NCBI RefSeq assembly: GCF_048266885.1
Contig: NZ_JBLWYR010000013.1
Coordinates: 6,783 to 70,782 of the forward strand
Origin: Methylophaga sp.
GTDB taxonomy: Bacteria > Pseudomonadota > Gammaproteobacteria > Nitrosococcales > Methylophagaceae
DNA length: 64,000 nt
Direction of reading: 5' to 3'
In this document: piece by piece, positions 10,784 through 19,182 of the stretch
Layout of the letters: each line of letters starts with the position of its first letter
Position numbering within the stretch: position 1 is the stretch's first letter
Program-made: the position numbers and the translations under genes
The notes under the pieces: generated by a model
Seen by the model: only the letters and a program-made list of their open reading frames with translations
The model's database searches: none
What the model was told of the DNA's origin: nothing

Positions 10784-12208
10784 ATGATGGATACATCCTT
10801 TGACACAATCATTATTGGAACAGGTTTTGCCTCATCTTATTTTTTGTATGAATATTTAAAGCACGCTAAATCGAATGAGAAGATTTTAGTTATTGAGAAG
10901 GGTGAAGATTTGCCTTACGCCTGGAAGTTGGATACCAAGCTAAACAGTAGAATTAGTTTTGATTCACAAATAAACAATATAACTCCTCAAAAACCATGGA
11001 TCCAAAACTTTGCTTTTGGAGGCGGAAGCTGTTGGACTGGTAACACCCCAAGAATGCATCCAAGTGATTTTAAGATGCATTCTTTACATGGTGTTGGGGA
11101 AGATTGGCCTTTTGATTATTCGACATTAGAACCCTATTTTGTGGAGGTCGAAACTCATATGGGGATTTCGGGAGAAGCTTCCAGTCATTATCCTATGTCT
11201 GCTCCTTATCCAATGCAGCCCCATAATCTTAATGCCTTTGATAGATTAATCAAAAAGAAATATGGAGATCTGCACATCGCAATGCCCAGTGCGAGAGCGA
11301 ATGATTTCAGTTATGGCAGAGCTAAATGTTGCAATAATGGCGTTTGCTCAGTTTGCCCAGTTGGAGCAAAGTTTCAAGTTGATCTGCATATGCGGTCAAT
11401 ATATGAAGATGAAAGAGTTACACTCAAATTAGATACCTCTGTTGAACAAATCACGATTCAAAATAATATTGCGACGGGGGTTGAGTGTCGAGAAGGAGGG
11501 CAATTAGTTCGCTACAAAGGTAATTTTGTAGCTATTGGCGCCCACGCAATCATGTCTCCCTTTATATTGTTGAATTCTGGAATTGAGCAATATGCTTTAG
11601 GACGATATTTAAGTGAGCAAATCTCGGTGGATGTAAGGGTTAACCTAGAAAATGTTGAAAACTTTGATGGCGGACAACGGGTAACCGGTTTGGGGGCAAT
11701 GTTTGTTAATGAAGATGATCGAAACCAAATGCCTGGGTGTCTAGTTGAGAATTATAATGTGCCATGGCTCAGAGCTGAGTTTGGCAAGTGGCGTCATACA
11801 GGCCTGTTAAAATTTGTTTTAGAGGATATACCTGAGCCAGATAAACGTGTCACAGTTGGTTTAAATGGGAAACCGAACATTGAATATGCCCAGCATAGCG
11901 ATTATATGACACGAGGGATTAATAATATTAATTCAAGGGTTGAGAGATTATTAGACGGTCTTCCAGTTGAAGACTTTAAAATTGAACAAAAAGAAGATGG
12001 AAATTTAGGTGGTTCTGCTCATATACAGGGAACTATGAGAATGGGGAATGATCCGAAAACTTCCGTAGTAGATAAAAACCTTATTAACCATAAGATTAGA
12101 AATTTAGCCTGTCTGGGTAGTGGTGCTTTTCCAACGTGTCCTGCAGCAAATCCAACATTAATTTTATCTGCATTGTCTATCAAGAGTGCCAGAGCGATAT
12201 TTTCATGA
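10784..12208 (+). CDS. GMC-family FAD-dependent oxidoreductase (sugar dehydrogenase large subunit)
   Basis: 474 aa. N-terminal FAD fold DTIIIGTGFASS. The C-terminal GTMRMGNDPKTSVVDKNLINHKIRNLACLGSGAFPTCPAANPTL is typical of the GMC C-domain. Confidence 0.8.
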   Translation: MMDTSFDTIIIGTGFASSYFLYEYLKHAKSNEKILVIEKGEDLPYAWKLDTKLNSRISFDSQINNITPQKPWIQNFAFGGGSCWTGNTPRMHPSDFKMHSLHGVGEDWPFDYSTLEPYFVEVETHMGISGEASSHYPMSAPYPMQPHNLNAFDRLIKKKYGDLHIAMPSARANDFSYGRAKCCNNGVCSVCPVGAKFQVDLHMRSIYEDERVTLKLDTSVEQITIQNNIATGVECREGGQLVRYKGNFVAIGAHAIMSPFILLNSGIEQYALGRYLSEQISVDVRVNLENVENFDGGQRVTGLGAMFVNEDDRNQMPGCLVENYNVPWLRAEFGKWRHTGLLKFVLEDIPEPDKRVTVGLNGKPNIEYAQHSDYMTRGINNINSRVERLLDGLPVEDFKIEQKEDGNLGGSAHIQGTMRMGNDPKTSVVDKNLINHKIRNLACLGSGAFPTCPAANPTLILSALSIKSARAIFS

Positions 12209-12651
12209 AAAATTTGATATCAAGAAGAAAGTTTTTGATTTCATCCATAGCAGCGGCCACTTTATTGGGGCCCGCTGGTTTTTGGCTTACATGGAAAAAA
12301 ACTAAAGAAACGGACATTATTGAAGCGATATTGAAGCGCAGATTGGGAATGTTAAATATTGATCGCGAGACATTTAAAACATTTAGTAATGAAATGATGG
12401 AACATCGACAAAGTCATGCTAAACAATTAAAAGTGCTTGGGATGTTTTCGGGATTATTATCTGTGATAACCCCATATAATATTTTACCTATGGGACATCC
12501 AATAAGGCGTTTAGAAAACTATACAGTCTCTAACTTTTTATTAGCCACAGATTTTTTTCAAAATGGTGCTGATATAAGTAGAGAAATAAAATATCTCGGT
12601 TTTTATGATCCTTATAAACGTCCCTGTGCTAATTTTTTTAAACAAGACTAG
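12205..12651 (+). CDS. Tat-signal small subunit of a GMC-type dehydrogenase (gluconate 2-dehydrogenase subunit 3-like)
   Basis: The ATG at 12205 overlaps the GMC stop (ATGA). The product starts MKNLISRRKFLISSIAAATLLGPAG, a twin-arginine signal. This pairing is known for periplasmic flavoprotein sugar dehydrogenases. Confidence 0.6.
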   Translation: MKNLISRRKFLISSIAAATLLGPAGFWLTWKKTKETDIIEAILKRRLGMLNIDRETFKTFSNEMMEHRQSHAKQLKVLGMFSGLLSVITPYNILPMGHPIRRLENYTVSNFLLATDFFQNGADISREIKYLGFYDPYKRPCANFFKQD

Positions 12652-12679
12652 TCATATTTATTTGTAAAATATAATTAAA

Positions 12680-13915
12680 CTAATGATCTTCTAATCTTAT
12701 TTTCAGTAACTCATATATACCATAACCCGCTAATATTCCGATAAAAGGTATGATTGGAAAATGATACCTATCCCCCGACGCAATAATTGTATGTAAAGTG
12801 GTGTTGTAGGCAATAAGGGCAAAAATTGGAGTCATTGTCAGGGCATTATAAAAGCCATCATTGCGGATTAATTTTATTGCTCCATAAACTGCCAATATCA
12901 CCAATAAAATCCAAAAAGCTGAGCTTATAAGTTTAAGCGGGAATACAGCTTTATCAAATCCTTGCTGTTTTATTCCAGCAATGTTCCAATTCACACCGAT
13001 GTTTTCTGAGCGGTAATAATCGATAAATCGTTTGGCTAATCTTTTTGTAAAGATGCCAGGCTCTTCTTTGATATGTTTAATGGCTTCTGATTTAAAATAA
13101 TCTGCTCGTTCCGTTTCTGAGTCAAAATGTAGATCTTCGGGTAGAGGCATGTATTCACCGGTAGAGTCAGGATTGTTTCCCATCCAGAAGACTGGCCCAC
13201 CATTGGTTGATATCAATACTACTTCGCCGAACAAGTTGTAGTTTCGGACAGCCCATGGCGTAATCAAAATTGCCATTGTTAAGAGTGTTACCACGGTCGC
13301 GCTAAAGAATTGTTTGAAGTTAAATCCGCGTAAAAAACTCAATCCAATCAAGATAAATGGGATTAATAATGCAATTGGTCGAACGTAAGTGGCTGCTACA
13401 AAAAAAATAGAACCAAGCACCCAGTTCAAAAGGGTATTTTGTTGGGGGCGGTACCAGAAGAATAAGCCGAGTAATACAAATACATTAAAAATAGTCTCAC
13501 TAGCTAGAATGGTCGTAAACTGAATTTGAGAGGGCCATATTGCATATAGAATACCCACAATATATGCCGTGGGTTCATTAAACCAAAGCTTGGCTAATGA
13601 CATCATTAATAATAGTGTGAGAATCCCTACGACAAGATTAAAAACTGTAATGGCATGGAATGATTCACCAAAAACGCTATAAAGGAGTGCATAAATTGCC
13701 GGCGTGCCAACAGGCCAATATGCAGTGAGATTTCCAGAAGGAAATGCATAGCCATTTCCATTACTAATACTCTTGGCAAATTCGTGATACATTACCGAAT
13801 CAGAGAGAGGTACAACGGGGATCAACCATAGCCAAAGCAGGCGTAATGCTAATGCAACGAGAACAATATATAAGGTGTTTTTAGCATAAGTTGAAACCAT
13901 TATATTTTTCATCAC
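12680..13915 (-). CDS. GT-C fold glycosyltransferase (ArnT / PMT_2, GT39/83-like)
   Basis: 411 aa and polytopic. The N-terminal LALRLLWLWLIPVVPLSDSVMYHEFAKSISNG is characteristic of dolichyl/undecaprenyl-phosphate-sugar dependent GT-C enzymes. Confidence 0.7.
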   Translation of the reverse strand: MMKNIMVSTYAKNTLYIVLVALALRLLWLWLIPVVPLSDSVMYHEFAKSISNGNGYAFPSGNLTAYWPVGTPAIYALLYSVFGESFHAITVFNLVVGILTLLLMMSLAKLWFNEPTAYIVGILYAIWPSQIQFTTILASETIFNVFVLLGLFFWYRPQQNTLLNWVLGSIFFVAATYVRPIALLIPFILIGLSFLRGFNFKQFFSATVVTLLTMAILITPWAVRNYNLFGEVVLISTNGGPVFWMGNNPDSTGEYMPLPEDLHFDSETERADYFKSEAIKHIKEEPGIFTKRLAKRFIDYYRSENIGVNWNIAGIKQQGFDKAVFPLKLISSAFWILLVILAVYGAIKLIRNDGFYNALTMTPIFALIAYNTTLHTIIASGDRYHFPIIPFIGILAGYGIYELLKIRLEDH

Positions 13916-13996
13916 GTCGTTACGTCCCTGTCAAAATAAATTCAATAGTTTTATTGTAGACGTAAATTGATTAATGAGTACAACAGAGAATCTAAT

Positions 13997-15427
13997 ATGA
14001 TTGTCGATAAGGACATGTTGCCAATTTTTGTGGACCTGGATGGCACACTTATTTATACAGACCTGCTATTAGAAGTCTGTTTAACGTTTTTAAAACACAA
14101 CCCCTTAAATATTTTTTTGTTAATTGGCTGGCTAGCGAAAGGGAAGGCTAATTTAAAACACAAACTTGCTGAGCGGGTGGACATTAATGCTGCCACACTT
14201 CCCTATAACCAGGGCTTCTTGGGTTTTCTCAAAGAGCAGCGTGAAGAGGGTAGAAAGTTATATTTGGCCACGGCCAGTCATCAAAAATATGCGGATGCCA
14301 TCGCTGAGCATCTGGGAATTTTCGATGGAGTACTGGCGACTTCTGCCACGTTTAATATGAAAGGTGAGAACAAATTAAAACATTGCCTAGAAGTTTCTCC
14401 GAAGTTTGCCTATGCAGGCAATGAGACATTTGATTTCTGCTTATTTGATAAGGCTGATGAGTCTTTTTTAGTTAATCCCACTGCTGCTGCATTACGCTTA
14501 TCAAAAAAGCGCCCTGTGACACGTATTTTTCATAACAAAACCAATACATTTAAGACGATCCTAAAAGCCATGCGAGTCCATCAATGGCTTAAAAATATGC
14601 TTATTTTTGTACCTGTTTTTGTTTCATCACTTTATCTTGATTTGGCTGTTTGGGGTGATGCAATAATTGGATTTTTTTTATTTTCATTGTTGGCATCAGC
14701 CACCTACCTGCTTAATGATTTACTTGATATTGAAGCCGATAGAGCACACCCCAGAAAATGTCTAAGACCCATTCCCTCTGGAATGTTATCTATTAAACAA
14801 GCCGTATTGCTCGCTATGGGGTTATTTGTTGCGACATTGATTGGATCGTTACTTTTTACCAATACCGCATTCCAATTATCGATCTTGGCTTACCTTGCCT
14901 TGACGCTCTTATATACATTTGTCTTAAAGACATATGTTATTGCTGACGTTATTTCACTGGCTAGTTTATTTACAATTCGTATCATCGCCGGAGCCATGGT
15001 TATTGATGTCGTGCTCTCATTCTGGTTGTTGGCGTTTTCAATGTTTACTTTTTTCAGTTTAGCTTTGGTGAAGCGCTGTGCTGAACTGAAATTATTATCA
15101 AAAGTGAACAAAGATAAAGCCACTGGTAGAGATTATCAGGTGGAGGATTACTATTTGATGCAGAGCTTCGGCGTGACCTCCGCATTTATTTCTTTATTGC
15201 TAGTGGCATTTTATGTTCAGGTCGCAATGACTAATGAAGAATACTCGACACCATTGTTGTTATGGGCAACCTTGCCTGCTTTTGCCTACTGGTTTTTACG
15301 AATGTGGTTAAAAACCAATCGAGGGGAAATGCATGATGATCCGATTGTTTTTTCAATTAAAAATAAAGGCAGTCTGGCAACAATTTGCTTTATATTAATC
15401 ATTACCTTATTGGCTAAACTCATATGA
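13997..15427 (+). CDS. HAD-phosphatase / UbiA-family polyprenyl-phosphate phosphoribosyl(prenyl)transferase fusion
   Basis: The N-terminal FVDLDGTLIYTD is HAD motif I. The C-terminal 8-9 TM domain carries YLLNDLLDIEADRAHPRK (UbiA NDxxDxxxD motif), as in decaprenyl-phosphate phosphoribosyltransferase. A TTG at 13967 is an alternative start. Confidence 0.7.
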   Translation: MIVDKDMLPIFVDLDGTLIYTDLLLEVCLTFLKHNPLNIFLLIGWLAKGKANLKHKLAERVDINAATLPYNQGFLGFLKEQREEGRKLYLATASHQKYADAIAEHLGIFDGVLATSATFNMKGENKLKHCLEVSPKFAYAGNETFDFCLFDKADESFLVNPTAAALRLSKKRPVTRIFHNKTNTFKTILKAMRVHQWLKNMLIFVPVFVSSLYLDLAVWGDAIIGFFLFSLLASATYLLNDLLDIEADRAHPRKCLRPIPSGMLSIKQAVLLAMGLFVATLIGSLLFTNTAFQLSILAYLALTLLYTFVLKTYVIADVISLASLFTIRIIAGAMVIDVVLSFWLLAFSMFTFFSLALVKRCAELKLLSKVNKDKATGRDYQVEDYYLMQSFGVTSAFISLLLVAFYVQVAMTNEEYSTPLLLWATLPAFAYWFLRMWLKTNRGEMHDDPIVFSIKNKGSLATICFILIITLLAKLI

Positions 15428-15783
15428 GTTATCTCACCCTTTTAATGATTTTGGTCAGTGTAATGCTTTCTGTTGCCGCTCAGTTATCGCTCAAAGCGGG
15501 AATGGGGCGTTTAATTTTACCGGAAACGCTGCTCTCGATAGAAAGTGTCTTTTTGATTCTCAATCGATTTGTGTTGCTAGGTTTGTTCTGTTACGGCATG
15601 AGCATGGTGTTTTGGTTGTATGTTTTAACGAAGGTCGAAGTGAGCCGTGCCTATCCTTTTGTAGGACTTGGATTTGTTGGCACAATGTTATTTGCTCACC
15701 TTTTATTGCATGAGCCGATTACAGTTCAAAAGCTGGTGGGAACAATGCTTGTTGTATCGGGTGTTGTTTTGCTCGCTCGGTAA
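15424..15783 (+). CDS. ArnE/EamA-like small 4-TM membrane protein (putative lipid-linked sugar flippase subunit)
   Basis: 119 aa with four hydrophobic segments. The ending HEPITVQKLVGTMLVVSGVVLLAR resembles ArnE/ArnF and SMR-like proteins. ATGA overlap with the UbiA gene. Confidence 0.6.
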   Translation: MSYLTLLMILVSVMLSVAAQLSLKAGMGRLILPETLLSIESVFLILNRFVLLGLFCYGMSMVFWLYVLTKVEVSRAYPFVGLGFVGTMLFAHLLLHEPITVQKLVGTMLVVSGVVLLAR

Positions 15784-15824
15784 CTATGTTCTATTACTTG
15801 TAACGGTGTTTAATAAGGAATCAT

Positions 15825-16748
15825 ATGAGTTATCTATTAGTCTCGCCCTGCCGTAATGAATCCGCTTATATGCGGATTACCTTGGATAGTGTAGTCAATC
15901 AAACGGTGCAGCCAGATTTGTGGGTAATCGTTGATGATGGCTCTACTGACCAAACGCCAAATATTTTGGCTGAATATGCAGAGCGATATCCGTTTATCAA
16001 GATCATCACACGTGAAAATCGCGGTCATCGTAGTGTTGGACCTGGTGTAATTGAAGCGTTTTATCATGGCTACGATCAGGTGGATGTTTCGCAATTTGAT
16101 TATGTCTGTAAGTTTGATTTGGATTTGGACCTGCCACCTAAATACTTTGAAATTTTAATCGGGCGCATGCAGCAGAATCCACGTATCGGTACTTGCAGTG
16201 GCAAAGCCTATTTTCGGGATAAAAAAACGGGTGAATTAATCAGCGAAAAATGTGGTGATGAGATGTCAGTTGGTATGACTAAGTTTTACCGACGCACCTG
16301 TTTTGAAGCGATTGGCGGGTTCGTTCGCCAAGTAATGTGGGATGGCATTGATTGTCATAAATGCCGCCAAATGGGTTGGATTGCTGTGAGCTGGGATGAA
16401 CCGGATTTACGCTTTATTCATTTACGGCCGATGGGCTCGAGTCAACAAGGCATCTTTACAGGCCGAATGCGTCATGGGTTTGGGCAGTATTTCATGGGCA
16501 CTGGTTTGACTTACATGACAGCATCTTCAGTGTTTCGCATGCTTCATCCTCCGTATGTTCTTGGTGGCGCTGCCATGTGGTGGGGCTACGTAAAAAGCAT
16601 GTTGCAACGCAAACCACGTTTTGAAGATAAAGCGCTTGTTAAATTTATTAATAATTATCAATGGCAATGCTTGTTAAAAGGTAAATCGAAAGCCACAGCA
16701 GAACTGAATGTGCAACAGGCAAAGGTATGGGAACAACAATATGCCTGA
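15825..16748 (+). CDS. Glycosyltransferase family 2
   Basis: LVSPCRNESAYMRITLDSVVNQTVQPDLWVIVDDGSTDQT has the GT2 N-terminal fold with a DDGS motif. AAGGA lies upstream of the ATG. Confidence 0.7.
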   Translation: MSYLLVSPCRNESAYMRITLDSVVNQTVQPDLWVIVDDGSTDQTPNILAEYAERYPFIKIITRENRGHRSVGPGVIEAFYHGYDQVDVSQFDYVCKFDLDLDLPPKYFEILIGRMQQNPRIGTCSGKAYFRDKKTGELISEKCGDEMSVGMTKFYRRTCFEAIGGFVRQVMWDGIDCHKCRQMGWIAVSWDEPDLRFIHLRPMGSSQQGIFTGRMRHGFGQYFMGTGLTYMTASSVFRMLHPPYVLGGAAMWWGYVKSMLQRKPRFEDKALVKFINNYQWQCLLKGKSKATAELNVQQAKVWEQQYA

Positions 16749-18000
16749 TAAGGCTGGGGCTTCAATCAAAATTGCCTATTTAGCACCTGAGATTCCGGCA
16801 CTGTCTGCCACCTTTGTTTATAACGAGATATTAGAGCTCGGCAAGTTGGGGGTGGAGGTTAAGGCTTTTTCAGTGCATCGTCCTGCCCATATTGCTTCTG
16901 AGTCTTCGCTGACAGAATTAAAAAAAGCGGTTTTTCATTTATATGAAATATCAAAAGGACAGGTTGTCCTGGATAATTTCATTATGCTTTTCCGAAATCC
17001 AATGGGTTATCTAAAAGCAGCGACTAGATTAATAGGTGATATCTTCCGACAGGGTGTTATTACACGTTCAGCATTGGGGCTGGTTTATCGCTTTTTGTAT
17101 GCTGCGACTTTGGCTAAACAATTAAAACAAGCCGATGTTCAACATTTACATGTGCATTTTGCACATATTCCAACAGATATAGCGATGTATGCTGCGCCAA
17201 TGGCCGGCATAGTCTTTAGCGTGCAAGCCCATGCAAATGATTTATTTGAAAGAGGATGGTTGCTAAAACAAAAGGTCTCTCGTTCCGTTTTTTTCGCAAC
17301 AATTTCTGAATTTAATCAGCGGTTTTTAGAGAATCTGAAGGCTGATTCCAACAAAATTAAAATAGTACGTTGTGGAGTCGACCAGAACTGGCAACCTCCG
17401 GCAAAGTCATTAAACAAGAATGAGATTTTTACGATTGGCACCGTTGGTCGACTGGTCGAGAAAAAAGGTATTGATACGCTCATCAATGCTATTTCCAAGT
17501 TAGTTAAAGATGGACGGAAAGTTCGTTTGCAAATCGCAGGTAATGGGCCACTTGAAACTGAGCTAAAGCAGCAGACTGTTTCACTTGGGCTAGTAGACGA
17601 CCAGCTGCAATTTCTTGGGGCTTTATCTCATGATAAGGTTGCCGATTTTATTAGTGGTTTAGATGTATTTGTATTGCCTTGTAAAAAAGATAAACAAGGT
17701 GATATGGATGGCATACCGGTTGTATTAATGGAAGCCATGCTTTGTGGGGTTCCAGTGATTTCAACAGAGCTATCTGGAATTCCAGAGTTGGTAATTAATA
17801 ATCTAACTGGTTTAACTGTTCCACCTGATAATGAGATTGAGCTAGCAGAAGCGATATACCAACTAATGGATAAACCAGAAACAGCCTTACGTCTCGTTTC
17901 TGGAGCTAAACAAAGAGTCGAAAATGAGTTTTTGTTAAATAAAAATGTGGCAAAACTTTTGACGTTAATTCAGTCTTCCATAAACACTAGACACAAATAA
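16741..18000 (+). CDS. Glycosyltransferase family 1/4 (WcaL-like)
   Basis: The ATG at 16741 overlaps the upstream stop. DGIPVVLMEAMLCGVPVISTELSGIPELV is the E-x7-E region. The N-terminal IKIAYLAPEIPALSATFVYNE is typical of this subfamily. Confidence 0.8.
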   Translation: MPDKAGASIKIAYLAPEIPALSATFVYNEILELGKLGVEVKAFSVHRPAHIASESSLTELKKAVFHLYEISKGQVVLDNFIMLFRNPMGYLKAATRLIGDIFRQGVITRSALGLVYRFLYAATLAKQLKQADVQHLHVHFAHIPTDIAMYAAPMAGIVFSVQAHANDLFERGWLLKQKVSRSVFFATISEFNQRFLENLKADSNKIKIVRCGVDQNWQPPAKSLNKNEIFTIGTVGRLVEKKGIDTLINAISKLVKDGRKVRLQIAGNGPLETELKQQTVSLGLVDDQLQFLGALSHDKVADFISGLDVFVLPCKKDKQGDMDGIPVVLMEAMLCGVPVISTELSGIPELVINNLTGLTVPPDNEIELAEAIYQLMDKPETALRLVSGAKQRVENEFLLNKNVAKLLTLIQSSINTRHK

Positions 18001-19127
18001 TGAAATTACCAGGATTACAGCCTCGTTTATCTGTCCCTCACAATCGATACAGTCTAATGGGGCTTCCTTTTGACGCGGTATCATTGAGTGATGCTGCTTT
18101 AATCGTTACAGAATCAATCGAACAGCGAACGCCCTGTTTTCTGTCCACCCCTAATCTTAATTTCACTGTCATGGCTCAAGATGATCCGGATTTTTATAAC
18201 TCGGTGATTCAAAGTGACTTAGTGGTCGCAGACGGAATGCCGTTAATTTGGGTGGCTAAATTACTCGGTTTGCCTATAACCGAACGAGTTGCTGGGTCGG
18301 ATCTGTTTGCCTTTCTGTCAGAGCAACCTCGAGAAAGAAAAATTCGTGTGTTTTTCTTTGGAGGAGAAACGGGCATTGCCGAAAAGGCGCATCAGGAGTT
18401 GAATCGAACCAGTCCAGGAATGGAAAGCTGTGGTTTTTATGATCCAGGGTTTGTCTCAATTGATGAGATGAGTACAGATAATGTTATTGAGCATATAAAT
18501 TCTTGTGAACCGGACTTTGTCTTGGTGGCTCTGGGAGCCAAAAAGGGCCAGCGCTGGATTATGCACAATCGCGATAAACTAAATGCACCTGTCATAAGTC
18601 ATTTAGGGGCAGTCATTAATTTTGTTGCAGGGAGTGTGCAACGTGCACCGGAAAAATGGCAGGGGGGTGGGCTTGAGTGGTTATGGCGGATTAAGCAAGA
18701 ACCAAAGCTTTATAAACGTTACTTAGGGGATGGCTTACGATTTTTAAAGATGATGGTGACACAAACCATACCACTGGCGGTGTATTCAAAAAAATTGGCC
18801 AAAAAATCAGACACTAGTAATAGAGAGGTTTTAGCTGATACATTACTGCCGCAGGAGAAATTCATAGTTACACTTAAAGGTAGCATTACTACCGAGCAGA
18901 TGAATGATTTAGAGAATGTAATTCAGAAAGCACTATTGAGTGATAAAGATGTCATTGTTGAGGGTGCGGAAATTCATTATTTAGCTATGGATACGATTGC
19001 CAGACTCTTGACCTTCCAAGGACAGCTGCAACAAAAGCAGAATGTAATGATATTAAAAGATTTTCCTGCCAAAATTATAACTTTGCTACGGATGAGTAGC
19101 GTTTTAAATAGATTCAAGTTAATCTGA
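18000..19127 (+). CDS. WecB/TagA/CpsF-family glycosyltransferase fused to a C-terminal STAS domain
   Basis: The N-terminal 250 aa (ADGMPLIWVAKLLG...FFFGGETG...VINFVAGSVQRAPEKWQGGGLEWLWRIKQEPKLYKRY) is a WecG/TagA fold. The last ~95 aa (FIVTLKGSITTEQMNDLENVIQKAL...IHYLAMDTIARLLTF...ITLLRMSSVLNRF) read as an anti-sigma-antagonist-like STAS domain. Confidence 0.7.
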   Translation: MKLPGLQPRLSVPHNRYSLMGLPFDAVSLSDAALIVTESIEQRTPCFLSTPNLNFTVMAQDDPDFYNSVIQSDLVVADGMPLIWVAKLLGLPITERVAGSDLFAFLSEQPRERKIRVFFFGGETGIAEKAHQELNRTSPGMESCGFYDPGFVSIDEMSTDNVIEHINSCEPDFVLVALGAKKGQRWIMHNRDKLNAPVISHLGAVINFVAGSVQRAPEKWQGGGLEWLWRIKQEPKLYKRYLGDGLRFLKMMVTQTIPLAVYSKKLAKKSDTSNREVLADTLLPQEKFIVTLKGSITTEQMNDLENVIQKALLSDKDVIVEGAEIHYLAMDTIARLLTFQGQLQQKQNVMILKDFPAKIITLLRMSSVLNRFKLI

Positions 19128-19182
19128 CTTGATTAGGTGTTTGCAGGATATTTAGTGGGGGTCAAGGTTGTTAAATATTAAG

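Noticed and set aside
12136-12204. Longer N-terminus for the GMC small subunit (ORF-track start 12136), and likewise 55164 for the repeat protein, 41498 for Usp, 26289 for pycB and 16708 for the GT1
   Set aside because: The extensions overlap the preceding genes by tens of codons. The internal ATGs give canonical N-termini (Tat signal, MKKILCATDGS, MKKIQVTDVTLRD, and so on) and better SD spacing or ATGA-type coupling.
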